Of a stretch of DNA of 64,000 bases, positions 50,618 to 64,000 are shown piece by piece. The position numbers were made by a program, and so were the translations under genes. This DNA is from Trichosphaerium sp. ATCC 40318 (Eukaryota > Protista > Tubulinea). The DNA lies in NCBI GenBank assembly GCA_038496445.1, contig JALMLS010000320.1, forward strand, positions 124,001 through 188,000. Reading direction: 5' to 3'. Numbering within the stretch: position 1 is the first letter of the stretch; each line of letters begins with the position of its first letter. The notes below the pieces were generated by a model that was not told the origin of the DNA, searched no databases, and worked only from the letters and a program-made list of their open reading frames with translations.

Positions 50618-53600
50618 ATGAGTAGCGATACAGCGCGAACGAAGGCAAATGCAAAAAAGTACAATAATGGGTTTTCAATTTAACAGCACAATACCATATT
50701 TATGACCTCGGTATAGGTTATTTAAGGCCGGAACAAAGGCTGACCAAGAAGGCCGAATTGAACAAGCACTACAATTTTACACTAAAGCTGCAGCTGAATT
50801 ATCCACTATTTTGCCATGTACTGCGCGTCGGTTGGCGTTTTTTAGCTTACAGTTCGTCTAGTTCTTCCTAATGGCTCTAGAGATAAAATACAGCTCCAAG
50901 ACCTCAATAGACAGATACTTGCGCGTTGTTCAATAATTTCTGGAGTACGCAATAACCCAAAAACCGCTCAGTGTGTTAAACGCTCTATTTTCGTATCGCG
51001 TCATGCTTTTCCTGACACTTGCGGGTTTAAGTGTTTTGAAAGAGATATTAACGTAAAACCAATAGATCAACTCCCAAGGCACCAATGCTCACGTCAACGC
51101 TCAATTCCATCAACGTACGTATAAAATAACTGGTGATTACATTTTTAACGTATTCACAAACTAATAGAGCCACGGCAAGATGCGTCACAGCCTTTTCCAT
51201 CTTATGGTACAAAAAATAAAGAATAAATGAAAACCGTGAATAAAAAAAAACCATAACTTTAAACTAGGCCACCCTCAGTACCCAACACCAGTTTATCGAC
51301 CTCCTATGCCTCAACACCCTTCTCAACATTATCGTAAGCCATTTATCCTTTAATTCTCAGGCTCCATAACGCGTTGCAATAGCGGCAAATCAAGTACCAC
51401 AATTTCCTACTGGACATCGAGGATATGCAGCACAACGTATGTCAAATAATAATACAGTCTACCATTGTTAATAATATCAGCTATTCAAACGAGTCTTAAT
51501 ACTCCACAACCAAACTTTCAAGCTCCTGCATATCAACCACAGTACTCACAACAACAACCAGTACAATATCCTACGCAACGCCAACAACCATTGCAATATC
51601 CTGTTCAACAACAACCCTTGCAATATCCTGTTCGCCAGCAACCATTGCAATACCCTGTTAAACAGCAGCAACCAGCAGAGGCTAAACAAAAGCCAAAGAA
51701 GCCACGGTCAAAGAGGTCAAGTCAACGACATAGGAAAAAGCAACCTGCGGTTCAAGAGCGATCAACAAGAGCTGAAGATGGTGTTCGATTATCTCGTTCT
51801 ATGTCGACACCAAAAAGTTCACGTGATGAGGTAAAGATTTTATTTAAAATCACGTGCCTTTTTTTTCCTTATTTTATACAAATGACTGATTTGTGGTTTT
51901 GTAGCCTCGTGGAGATCTCAAACGTTTAAGGGCGTCTACTGTCACTGGAACAGGTGACGAAAAAAAGGTATGAACTTTTTTTATTTGGATCCACAGTTCT
52001 GAGTTCCTAACATGTACCTTTATAGATTCGTATGGTTGCTCTTTATAATTACTCAGCTGTACATAGTGACGAACTTGGTTTTCACAAAGGTGATGTTGTA
52101 ACAGTGTTAAAACAAGATAACAAGTGAGTATTCTCGTTCGTCACAAGCACAAAATAACTGTTTTCCAAATTCACCTTATTCATATTTCATAGGTGGTGGA
52201 GAGCCGAGTTGAATGGAAAAGTAGGTCTTGTTCCTTCAAACTTTTTTGGTCCTTTAAAAAGAGAAGCTGTTCCACCTGCTGCAAGCCCTAGTGTACTATA
52301 ACTCTTTACAAGGAATTGATTTGACTAACACTTAAAACAGGGATCTCCAGACCCAGGATTAGATGAAATTCTCCACTCATTGGCGGTTAAACCACCTTCT
52401 CAAGCTGGTCCATCAAGAAAACCTGGACAGAGATGGCCAGGACCATTCCCAGAACCAGCACCAAAAAATACCAAAAAGAACCGTCCTAGAAAAAGAACAC
52501 AGAATCCACGTGTTGGTGCAGCTTTGAAACATGAGTCTTTGAGAAGTAACAAACTCACAACCAGTCTTGACTTTTATGACATGTCTCAAGAAGAAGAAGA
52601 AAGCACTGTAGCTGCGCCAGTGGCAGCCGCAAGGCTAGTAAAGAACGCTATGCCAAAATCACCAAAGGGCACAAGTCCAAAGTCTCCTAAAAATAGACCA
52701 GTGCAAAGAAATCAAGGTATACGACCTCTCAGGGTAGCTACTAGTGATAGATCTATGCGTAATGGAAAGAGTGGATTAAATGAAGCAAGTGGACCGTCGT
52801 ACGTTTGATGAAGTTACAACTACTTCTTTTTGTTAGTAACTTTTTTTTAGGCTTAGTGCTGGTCTCCCGTCTACTGTTCGGGGTGATATTCTTAAGTTTA
52901 GTATTGCTGGATATGCACAAGATCATTTTAGGCAGTACAGAAAAGGTGTCTTTCATCGTAAAAAAACGCTTCGTCTTGCTGAAGTTATGAGTTACAGCAA
53001 AGTACGTCTCGGTTGTTTTTTTTTTCTTTTGATCCTTGAATCACGTGATAATATTTCTTGTTGTTATTGTTGGTTTAACTGTATTAATTGATTGTAGGAA
53101 CCTATATCACGTTCATTGATAGACTTGCCAATTGCTTTTAATAAGGCTGCTGTGACAGCGAATAAGCTCTTATTGAAGGTTATTTTTGCTTCTTTGCTTG
53201 ATAACAAGACACTTCGCACTTGTGTACAAATTATCAAGGTATGCAATTTATATGGTATCCACATGTTAATGATCATTTCTTTAGATTGGTGTTGATACAC
53301 CTGAGCTGCGTGACGAAATTTATTGTCAAATCGTGAAGCAATGTCGCAACAATCCAAAACTGTACGTCCTTCTGTTTGTTTTGAAGATTTTTAGGATTAG
53401 AACTAAACGTTTCATTTTAGAGACACAGAACTACGTTCCTGGCAAGTTATGGTAATGGTTCTAGAGTCATTTCAACCTACAAAAGATTTTGAAGAGTACC
53501 TCATGCATCACTTTGAGAAAAATAAAAAAGTACGTATTGAGAATCGAGAATATACTGTTGTGATTTTTACTAACTCTTGTTGAACTTTAGTCGCGTAATG

Positions 53601-55189
53601 ATAAAGTTGCAGCATATGCAAAGTATTGTTTAACACGTATAAGACATATTTGTGAAGATTCTTCGTTCATGCCACACGTACCTTCCATAAACCAGCTCGC
53701 CTTTTTCTCGGTACGTGCTTTTCTTCAACTTTTTTGTTCCTTAATGTTTTTGACGACCCTTGGGTCTGTAAGTGATTTTCTGACTTATTTAATAGGAAGC
53801 TCCTTTTACAAGTTCATTATTCAGAGGTTCATTACCAGAGATTATGTCAGAGCAGAAGGCTACCTTTCCAAAAGATAAAATTCCACACTTGCTCAATTTT
53901 CTTTTTCAATACATTCTAAAGAATGGTACGGCACCTCATACTACAAACCAATCTTACTATGGGATTATCAAGAATACCCTATTTTTATATTATACTTATA
54001 TTATTTAGTGACGAGAGAAGGTTTATTCCGTGTACCAGGTAGTATAGATGAAATATCTGACTTGAAGTTGCTTTTCGAAAAAGGAAAATACGACGACTCA
54101 GATATCCACAATATCCATACTGCTTGCTCCCTCCTAAAAACTTGGTTCAAGGATATATCAGAGCCATTAATACCAAGGTCTATTTAATATCCTTTTTGAA
54201 AAAACCCTTGTGGTAGGTGACCATCAAGGCGTTGTCTTGTGGTTGAACAACTTTCTTTTTTTTTTCTTTTTTTTTTCTTCCTTAACTCCTTGTCACTGAT
54301 CAATGTCGTGAAACTACTAGTCTTAAAGATATGCTTGTATTATTATCTCCAATGTCAGATATATCAAAGAGAGTACTTCATGAGCTATTGCTGTTCTTGC
54401 AGGAGGTTGCAAAGACACCAGATAATAAGATGAATGAGAATAATCTTGCTATTGTTTGGGCACCTAATGTATTCAGGGATGATTTCAAGTCATCGTCTCC
54501 TTTAGAAATCATCGATAGGAACAAAGACTTTACAGCATTTGTAAAGACACTGTTACTTGAATACAAGGGAGGTCTTGTACCAGTAGAAAAGGAACAAGTA
54601 GAGGAAGAAGAGCAAAGTAAAATTAAACCAAAAGAAAACAAAAAAGAAGATAAAAAAGAAGATGAAGAGGAAGAACAGAAAGAAGACAAAAAAAATCAAC
54701 CTGATTTATTGACTGTACGTCTCGTATTATTTTTCATATTTCCCCTGCTTCGTATCGTTTATGATAAACGAAGAGTAAAAACTATTTCAGTCAAGACAAT
54801 CAAAAGACACGGGTAGACTCAATGATGTTTTTTTACCTTTTTTGACAGTTCTTTTTCCCGTTTTTTCTTCCTATAACTACATCTTTTTATGTTAGTTTAT
54901 TTATTTATTTTTAATGTAGAGCGCCGCCTATGATATAACAGATAGTTTGAGAAGTCCTAGAACAAAGATAGAAGTTGATACAACGGCTTGTGAAGACGTC
55001 GATCCTGAAGAGATAAAGACTCCTGCTTCAATGGAATTGTATAATGTCATGGCTGCAATGCTTGCTGCAAATGCTACAGGGGATAATACAACAACACAAA
55101 CACCTCCTATTGAAAGCGATGAGAGACCTATAGGCACAGATGGAAGCGAGAAATTTCAAGAAACACCTTCATTTCAAGCAATGATTTAA
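50618..55189 (+). CDS. MIT + Pro/Gln-rich + SH3 + MyTH4 + RhoGAP multidomain protein
   Basis: MIT-like LFKAGTKADQEGRIEQALQFYTKAA. SH3 VALYNYSAVHSDELGFHKGD...WWRAELNGKVGLVPSNF. MyTH4 PELRDEIYCQIVKQ. RhoGAP EGLFRVPG...SLLKTWF...NKMNENNLAIVWAPNV. Confidence 0.88.
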
Positions 55190-55633
55190 GGTGTTTTTCT
55201 TTTGTTAAGTCTGATCCTCCTTTTGTTTTCTTTGTTGTTGTATGTGTAATAAATTGTATTTATAGCAAATATTTTGATCATCTAGAATAGTATTAAACAT
55301 TAAGAAACAGCGGGTACAGTGTAACTGTGAAAATAAGTGACTCTTGTGAAAGAAGCAATCTGGTTTTATTGTTTTATTAAAACACCACAGAAACTTACCG
55401 GCAGCACTTTGTGCACGTAGTATTGCCAGATATTGTATACCTTAGAGAACTACCAATGCTGGTTTTTTAATAGCAACCCACGAGCGCTATCAAAGTTGTA
55501 TGTGTGGAATTTGTGGGAGTAAGAAACAACCGTCAACTCGCATATTTCTCTACTGTCAGACAAAATAGGTATGATAAATAAATGAATACTGGCTGTGTTT
55601 GAATTCATATTATTCATTCATAACGGAAGGGCG

Positions 55634-55711
55634 TTAAATAATAGTGTAGTGAATAGTCTCTTTTGGGCTTTTTTCTTGTACTTTCACTCTTTTAGCCTGT
55701 GGTTCAGACAG
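55634..55711 (-). pseudogene. Decayed fourth BTB-family copy (5' fragment)
   Basis: Homologous to the MSEPKAKRVKVQESPKETIHY exon, but ATG is changed to CTG, the A-run is expanded and there is an early stop. Confidence 0.7.
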
Positions 55712-55980
55712 CGTCTACGAAGAACCAGCACTTTTCAGTCAGGGCTTATACTTGAATTAAGCCTTAATTTGAGTAACTTATTACTAGTTTTCGAGATGTG
55801 TGAACACAGGGATGCTGCCTATGCTATCCTATTGGTGTAACATTACAAAGCACTTTTTATGCTGGCAATAGCAAAAGTCACGTGCTTGACACTATCGTGG
55901 CCTTATAATAGAAATGTAATTAAACGTCATTTATTTATTTTAGGCCAAAACCTGTTTCCTGTGTTTTTTAGGGTTGCCTC

Positions 55981-57583
55981 TTACTTGTATGAAGGTAAAA
56001 GTAAATTAAGTTCTTTGTCTGTGCACATGGGTATTGTTACGAAAAGATCAAGGCCAACTGGTTCGTGTTTACGTTCATGGGTTATTGTTTTGACTTGTAC
56101 TTTCTAAAAACAGTTACTGTGTATATATTTTGTATAACTTTTACGTACTGTGTTGCTACCAAGAATTTTTTTGATTTGTCTTATGAAGTAGGGCAAGAAT
56201 AAGCTATTTTTCCCAAATTCATGAAATAATTCACTGTTTCTAAAGTGGTACAAATGCTTAAAATGTAAAGCAGGAAAAAAAACGGTTGGGAATTGGCAAT
56301 TTTTTTTTTCTTTCAATCGAGAAGCTTGTACATACTCATAGATTTCATATATTAGATTGTCATCACTTCCTTTCCCGTTCCACCCCCTATTAGATAGCTT
56401 TGTACGGCTTATTCTAATATTGAGAGTAGTATTACCCCCTATAGCTGCTGCAAAACACTTGCTAGAAAGATTTTTATCAATTTCATCACGAAGCCTCTTC
56501 CAAGATTCGCCCACAGCTGTAGCCCATAGTTTTTGTACTATATTTTGTAAGCAATACAGTATGTGAATAATTAAAGAAATTGAGACTTTCAAACAAGTTG
56601 ACATACCTAAAGATGTCCCTGGAATGTGTCCTCCTTTCATTGCTTCCTCAATATTTTCGTTAAAAAAATCTTTACCAACCATACAATGAGTCCATTTAAT
56701 CACTACATGTTGGTCATATCCTTCTGTAAGGTATTCCAAACGGCTATTCTAAGGGAATGAGGTCAATAATGTTTTAGGATAACACTTACAATCTTAATTC
56801 GAGCATCCGTATACTTTGTAAAAATCTGTCTACCAAGCATTGAGTTGAAAAAACTGTTTGTTTTTTCACTATTGAAAGTACTCCAACGTCCCATATGTGA
56901 TGTAAACTGACCACATCGTGCCTGTGACATTAAATTAGACATTGTTGGGTTGCAACAAAAAACTAACACCTGCTGCATCAGCTCAGGACGATGTTTCTCC
57001 CAAAATGCTTGGACTTCTGAAAAAAGGTGTATTGCACATTGTAGTTTTATGGCGTCCGCTAAGATAACAAGTTAGTGAAGATATGTAATAATGGCAATTA
57101 ACAGCGCTTGTTTGGCAAACATGATGTGGTACTGCATGTTTTACAGTAAAGTGGAAATAAACATAACTTTGACAACAAATAGAGATTTACGCACGTGTAT
57201 TTAGCTTCATTTTTTGCCAATCAAGAAAAACGCCATAATAATCTGCTGCAAATATCACATTGAACGGGTCAGATACTATCTGTTCTGTTGTGCCTGTTTT
57301 TATCATCGATACAATGATGGGAAGGCTTTCAGAAAATCTACGCATAGTATTCAGTAAATATGTTCAATACGTGTATTACTACGCACTGTGATTCCTCTAA
57401 AGCGACTATTGGGTTTTCTGTTCCAGAACTTTTGTCAAAATGAGCTTTGGTAACGAAAAGAGATAGTGGTTGAGTATTTAGCTCTTCTTCTGTTAAAGAA
57501 AAGGAGAATTCGCCACATTTGTAGTGAATAGTTTCTTTTGGGCTTTCTTGTACTTTCACTCTTTTCGCCTTTGGTTCAGACAT
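55981..57583 (-). CDS. BTB/POZ-domain protein, tandem copy C
   Basis: IHYKCGEFSFSLTEEELNTQPLSLF...SLPIIVSMIKTG...IFAADYYGV (KCTD-type BTB). Spliced, ending LLLPSYK*. Confidence 0.75.
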
Positions 57584-57773
57584 GGTTTATAGCCGTTTAC
57601 ACTTTGTGAATGTACTTACGCATTTGGATTGCCTTAAGTACTCATTTGCTAAGGCTGTACTCAGTTGATTACCATATCTTTGGTGTTAACCAGAATAACG
57701 TTTGAAAGCATTTACTGTAAAACAACTATAACTACAAAGGTGAGCATGTAGTACTCACTGTCAACCAAGTTGG

Positions 57774-59307
57774 TTACTTGTATGAAGGTAAGAGAACATC
57801 CAGTTCATTTTCTGTACAAGTTGGTATTGTCATTTCAATTATGAGACCATATCCATCAGGCACTTTAAATTCTGCCAGTTTTACAACCTTCTAAATATAA
57901 CTGAATTAGTTTTTTGGTTGACACATGTTTTAAAGACAGAGAACGTACATTATTGAGCAAACCAACAAGGTGCTTTGTAAAGTAAGGTAAGAATCGGCTA
58001 TTTTCTTTGCCATTGCCTCCAAATATTCCAGCAACTTTACTAAAGAAAATAGTCATCAGAAAAGGTTGTTGTATGCTTACAACGTACCCAATAAGATAAT
58101 AATCAGCTTCAGGTATATAATTAAATTGTATAGAGCTACAGGCATATAAAGCAATGGTGAATGTATCAGAACCTTTTACAGATGCAGAAACACATTTGTT
58201 GCAAAGATTTTTATCAAGATCATCACGTAGCATCTTCCAACATTCACCAACAGCTGTTGCCCATAGTTTTTGAGCTGTAGAAATATTTAGGTACAAAAAT
58301 CAGCAATATAGCATGTAAACACATAAGGAACAAACATGGGGTGGTAAAAGGTGACTTTTTTTTCAAAATTGCAAAGTACCAAGTGTGAAGGTATCTGGGA
58401 TTTTTCCACCGTCCATTGCTTCTTCAATGTTCTGGTTGAAAAAATCTTTGCCTACGGTATTATGGTGCCATTTTATAGTAACATCTCCATAGTTCTTTTC
58501 TTTATGGTATGCAAGAGTACTGTTCTACAAGCAGTCAAAACGTCTCATAGAAAAGATAGAGTCAAAGTTGTTATGTACCATTTGTATTCGAGTTTTGGTG
58601 TACTTGTTAAAAACTAGTCTACCAATCTCTGACATTATGCAAGTAAGGTTTTGATCACTATCCGTAGCAAAGAACTGTGCGCCAAAATACCCAGCTTTGG
58701 CCTTAGAAAGAAGTTAGACATGAAGAAGAAAGAAGCTAACTTGATCCATGAGTTCTTGACGATTCTTCTCCCAAAATTCTTGGGCTTGTTTGAAATGTCT
58801 CATAGCGCATGTGAGTTTAATAGCATAATCTAAGGTCACACTGAGTGAGGACAACTGCTTTCGAGAAATAAAAATAAAAATGAGAAAGTTCTGAAGTCTT
58901 TTTTTGGAAGGTACGTACGTGGAATTAGCTTCATTTTTTGCCAATCAAGAAAAACGCCATAATAATCTGCTGCAAATATCACATTGAACGGGTCAGATAC
59001 AATCTGTTCTGTTGTGCCTGTTTTTATCATCGATACGATGATGGGAAGACTTTCAGAATATCTGCAAATAGTATTCAGTAAATGCGTTAGATATGCGTAT
59101 TAATACGCACTGTGATTCCTCTAAAGCGACTATTGGGTTCTCTGTTCCAGAATTTTTGTCAAAATGAGCTTTACGTGTGAAAAGAGATAGTGGTTGAGTA
59201 TTTAGCTCTTTTTGCGTCAAAGAAAAGGAGAATTCGCCACATTTGTAGTGAATAGTTTCTTTTGGGCTTTCTTGTACTTTCACTCTTTTCGCCTTTGGTT
59301 CAGACAT
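57774..59307 (-). CDS. BTB/POZ-domain protein, tandem copy B
   Basis: Same exon structure as copies A and C, ending VLLPSYK*. Confidence 0.75.
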
Positions 59308-59639
59308 TGTTTGGTTGCTTTTTGTAGACTGGGTGCCACTTTGAAATTAAGCCACAAAAACGAGAAAACTCAAAACTCAAATGTCTTGATCCAGAGATTG
59401 AAGCTGAGCGAGACGGTGCTAGCATGTAACTTAAACATTTTTGTTTGATAATACTAACTACACTCTCACAGTGAGGAACAAAACTGAACTCAAAGATAGG
59501 ATTAACGTTCTTAGAATGAGCCGTTTCTAGCAACACAGAATAAAAGTATAAGTAAAAGCATAATGTTTGAAAGAGTTTATTGTAAAACAACTATAACTGC
59601 AAAGGTGAGGCATGTAGTACTCACTGTCGACCAAGTTGG

Positions 59640-61111
59640 TTACTTGTATGAAGGCAAAAGAACGTTAAGTTCATTTTCACTACAAGTAGGTATTGTCATT
59701 TCAATTATGAGACCACTTCCGTTGTATACTGCAAATTCTTCCAGTTTTACAATCTCCTAAAAAAAGCAATGAATTTTTTGACACAACTAAAACCTTGGGA
59801 TAGAACGTACATTATTGAGTAGCCTTACAAGGTATTTCGTGAAATAAGGTAAGAATAGGCTATTTTTTGTTACTGATTCTCCAAATATTCCAGCAACGTC
59901 ACTATAGAAAATCATAATCAGGAATGGTTTGTTGCAAGCTTACAACGTACCCAATAAGGCTGTAATCATGTGTGAGGTGAAAATCACGTGGTAAAAAGCT
60001 ACTGGCACATAAAGCGATGGTGAATGTATCAGAACCATCTACAGATGCAGAAACACATTTGTTGCAAAGATTTTTATCAAGATCATCACGAAGCCTCTTC
60101 CAACATTCACCAACAGCTGTGGCCCATAGTTTCTGATCTTCAGTGATGTTAGTTAAGAAGAAAAGCAGCAAATCGAGTAGTACTAAGGGTGCAGGTCTCT
60201 GGAATTGTTCCTCCATCCATTACTTCTTCAATATGCAGGTTGAAAAACTCTTTACCTACGGTACTATGATGCCATGTAATACCAACAGAACCATATTTCT
60301 GATCTTTATCGTATTTCGCAGTACTATTCTATGTGCAGTCAATACATCTCAGAGAGATAGTATTACATACAATTTTAATGCGAGTTTTTGTGTACTTGTT
60401 AAAAACTTGTCTACCAAACTCTGACAATACACAAGCAAGCTCTTGTGAGTTTCCTCTATTATCATCAGTAAAGAATAAGGTACTAAACTCCCCAGCTTTG
60501 GCCTTAGAAAGAAGTTAGACATGAAGAAGAAAGAAGCTAACTTTATCCATCAGTTTTTGACGATTCTTCTCCCAAAATTCTTGGGCTTGTTTGAAATGCC
60601 TCATAGCGCATGTGAGTTTAATAGCATAATCTAAGGTCACACTGAGTGAGGATAATTGCTTTCGAGAAATAAAAATAAAAATGAGAAAGTTCCGTTGTCT
60701 TTTTTTGGAAGGTCGTACGTGGAATTAGCTTCATTTTTTGCCAATCAAGAAAAACGCCATAATAATCTGCTGCAAATACTACAGTGAACGGATCAGATAC
60801 TATATGCTTTGTTGTGCCTGTTTTTATCATCGATACGATGATTGGGAGGCTTTCAGAAAATCTACGAGTAATATCCTGTAAATACGTTAGATACGTATTA
60901 CTACGCACTGTGATTCCTCTAAAGCGACTATTGGGTTCTCTGTTCCAGATCCAGAACTTTTGTCAAAATGAGCTTTACGTGTGAAAAGAGATAGCGGTTG
61001 AGTATGTAGCTCTTCTTGTGAAAGTGAAAAGGAGAATTCACCACATTTGTAATGAATGGACTCTTTTGGGCTTTCTTGTACTCTCACTCTTTTAGCCTTT
61101 GGTTCAGACAT
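59640..61111 (-). CDS. BTB/POZ-domain protein, tandem copy A
   Basis: Begins MSEPKAKRVRVQESPKESIHYKCGEF and ends VLLPSYK*. Confidence 0.75.
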
Positions 61112-61231
61112 GATTTCGTTGCTTTTTTTGTAGACTTGGCGCAACTTGGTTTGAAATTAAGTCACAAAAACGGAAAACGGGAAAACAAGAAAATATGTAC
61201 AAATACAAGTGGGAAACAAGTTATGTTTATT

Positions 61232-62242
61232 CTAGAATTGCGATTTTGGCACACTATTGAGCACCTTACAGGCGAGATCACATGGTTTATCACCTCCAGA
61301 GAGATTGCGACAATTTCTGGCACACCTGTTGACCTCTTCACGTGAGTTCCTCTCATAATTAGAATCGCATTTTAATGGGCAACTATCTTTGTAACTCCTG
61401 CAGAAATCAGCTTCGCAAGTGCTGTGACAACTTGTTTGTGCTTGTGCTAAACATTGAGCATGTGTACTATCTTTTGTGGTGTCAGTACACCTCACCCCAC
61501 AAAACGTGGTACAAAATGGTACGTTGCTGCTACGAGCACAATCCTGCTGGCAATAAGCGTCTAAGTTATAAAAGCATCCGTTGCACTTATCAGTCTTCTG
61601 TTGTCGGCAAGCGATAGCTTTTGCGTCTGTCTTACAATGCGTTACTGCCATACTTTTACATGTTGCCTTTCGGGCTTGTTCACATTGGTTTAAGCAGTTG
61701 CATCTTCTTCGTTGATTGTTACGAGATATAGCAGGGAAGCACTTTGCGTGTTCTAAACAATGGTCTCGTTGAACTTTGTTTTTATATAGGTCACTGCAAG
61801 CTTTTCTTTCCTTTGTAAGTCCCTTCATCTTCTCATTTGTACACTGTCTATTCCATTTACACTCTCGTAACACTGGCACAACCAAAGCGCTTTGACATGC
61901 TGCCCATGAGGTTTTTTTGCTGTCGTGAAGGCACATCAGAGCGTCTTGTTGTGCTGTTCTGTACTTCATACTATTTGGAAGACGTTCATGTCTACTCCAA
62001 AAAAACGTGGATCCATATCTTGTTGTTGCGTAATTGATGTTGTGCGATTGGTGACAATACAGAAAACAACTGACGAAATCTTTTGTATCTATTCTAACAC
62101 ATTCTGTTTTAAGACATCTTTTTGAGTCTCCGTTGCTTGCAAGCATTTTGTGATTAAAGCTCTGCTTTGGGTATTTGGCTGTAGTGCTTAGTAATAGCGT
62201 TGATATTGCTACTAAAAGCAGCAGGATGTTTGACTTGTTCAT
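61232..62242 (-). CDS. Intronless secreted cysteine-rich protein
   Basis: Signal peptide MNKSNILLLLVAISTLLLSTTA and many CxxxC pairs. Confidence 0.8.
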   Translation of the reverse strand: MNKSNILLLLVAISTLLLSTTAKYPKQSFNHKMLASNGDSKRCLKTECVRIDTKDFVSCFLYCHQSHNINYATTRYGSTFFWSRHERLPNSMKYRTAQQDALMCLHDSKKTSWAACQSALVVPVLRECKWNRQCTNEKMKGLTKERKACSDLYKNKVQRDHCLEHAKCFPAISRNNQRRRCNCLNQCEQARKATCKSMAVTHCKTDAKAIACRQQKTDKCNGCFYNLDAYCQQDCARSSNVPFCTTFCGVRCTDTTKDSTHAQCLAQAQTSCHSTCEADFCRSYKDSCPLKCDSNYERNSREEVNRCARNCRNLSGGDKPCDLACKVLNSVPKSQF

Positions 62243-63917
62243 TAGGAGGTGCTAGTGTCGTGTTTTGAACTTTGCAATTGTTTAGGATACAACTTCCATT
62301 TTAAGCCATTTTAGGGGAATTTTCGCTTTGTTAACTTCCGAACCTTGTTTAATAGAAAACTTTGACTTTTTTAGTTCTTTTTATCGTTGTGTTAGGCTCC
62401 TTTAAGAAAACATTGGAAGTATAGGATGAATAATACGTGCCATGTGTCATTTTGCTGGTTTTGTTAAATAGTTGGAGAACGATATTCTAAAGAATGACCA
62501 CCCGACTAAGTCTTTTAAAAGCTCTATATTTTGTAATATGTATTCGCACATGAGATCACTGTAAACAAGGAGCAAGTTGAAGAGTCTTATTTAAGTATGT
62601 TGCACAAACGTAGAAAGTGTGTTCAAAATAGACAAAATGCTTTTCACATTTGTGCGTTCAACACCTACTGCTGCTAAAGTGCAAAAAACCTTTGGAGTTT
62701 TTCCGTCTAAAAAGGTACTTTCGACTAGCTGTTTTGATGTTGTATTAGGAGTTTTCTGTAAAAAGGACAAGATATACCAAGTGAGCCAATCTCATTTGCT
62801 ATTGAATATCAATTTCCAGCTCACGTAAACAGCTCAGTCGGTTGTGATATAATTAGGACTCACAAATAGAAGTAAGGTCTATATCTTCATAGTTTGTATG
62901 ATGGTGTAGGCAGACGAATTAACAGCTAAATGCCCATAGTGATTACCAAAACGCCTAAAAAGGAGAAAATCTCCACGAGTTTTTGTCGATAATCTGGTCT
63001 ACTCCAATTACAGCACTTCTGCGCCAATTGTTTGAACAATTAAACTACCTAGTCACTTGCTATATCGTTATTCACTGTTGTAGCATTAGGAGAGAATGAT
63101 TTTTCCGAGTGGGAGAATATAAGGGTATGGCCTTGACCATCTTTCGGTGTAAGCTAGATTTCCATACAAGTAGAAAACGCTCGCGTCAAAGTACGAATAA
63201 AAAACCCTGGCATATCTACCTTGGGTAGAGCTCTATGAAAACCAGTTTTCGACTTAACCGCTGTAGCAATTTGTAACTGGTTGGATTGTGGTTATGGTGA
63301 AATAAAAGTTGTTGGCTTCGTTGTAAGCCTCCGGGAAGCATTTGTTTCATCCTAACTCATAACTTTAAAAATTTAAGTACCACAAGTTGAGTGAACGTGG
63401 CAAACAATGTCCGTCGCAAGCAAGTTCTGTCAGAACTGTCATATCTGTGACGTGTACGCGAGCTTTCATCCATCAAAAGCCTTATTTCTGACAGCTCTGT
63501 CTGCACCTCAGATTTGTACATCTTGGTTTTCTCCGCAAACTTGGACGCATAATATTTTTTTTTTTTGAGTTGATTTTTGCTACAGTTTGCTCTTTGTCCA
63601 ACGCTGTCCAGCACAATATTTCAGTGAATCATAGTCGCTAGGAAATCGAAGTAGTGGGCTTTCAGAACTTTTCTAAACTGTTAACCGGTTTGTAACCGGA
63701 AAAGTCTAACTTCGGGTAAACTCTTCTATTGTAATTTAGCCGACTCCTTACCTTAACGAATCGTTTGTACAATTTTGATGTAAGAACGTACCTTGGTACA
63801 ATGATAGTTCATGGATGCAGCTGTGTTGACGTTTATAAATTAAGTTACAACAAAATGAACATCACTCCTTCACAACAACACTTTTATAAACTGTAACACG
63901 AAAGAAGCACCCTCACA

Positions 63918-64000
63918 ATGTCTGTATACCTGGAACACGCGAATATTACTGTTTTAGATCTTAATGAAGCTGTTAAATTCATAACGACTGCATTTCCTGA
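63918..64000 (+). CDS. Glyoxalase/VOC-family protein, 5' end (runs off window)
   Basis: MSVYLEHANITVLDLNEAVKFITTAFP matches the VOC N-terminal H-x-x-h-x-V-x-D-h-x-x-A-x-x-F motif. Confidence 0.65.
   Translation, partial: MSVYLEHANITVLDLNEAVKFITTAFP

Noticed and set aside
62800-63614. Possible spliced or decayed gene on the minus strand (similar fragments at 10900-11100, 30733-31070, 33400-33833, 34915-35300)
   Set aside because: I could not build a consistent frame or recognise a family.

Overview
This is AT-rich (roughly 35% GC), intron-rich eukaryotic DNA from a protist, probably an amoeba (inferred from gene content, not determined). Housekeeping spliced genes include a Rho GTPase, a CK1/TTBK-like kinase, an aldo-keto reductase, a LIM protein, a peroxisomal epoxide hydrolase, a P450, an FMO, proteasome alpha-3, ARF1 and a MyTH4-RhoGAP. 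They are interleaved with fast-evolving, mostly intronless genes that look like ubiquitin-system parts: three F-box-LRR genes plus a headless LRR cassette, an F-box/histone-H3-fold/ankyrin fusion, a BC-box-like protein, a tandem BTB array, a divergent ubiquitin and a SUMO-like protein. There are also three secreted VWA-like paralogs and three non-autonomous TIR elements from two families, which share a 68-nt hairpin-forming core. CACGTG is strongly enriched across the window. All family assignments are by eye, without database searches, and the boundaries of multi-exon genes are manual reconstructions.
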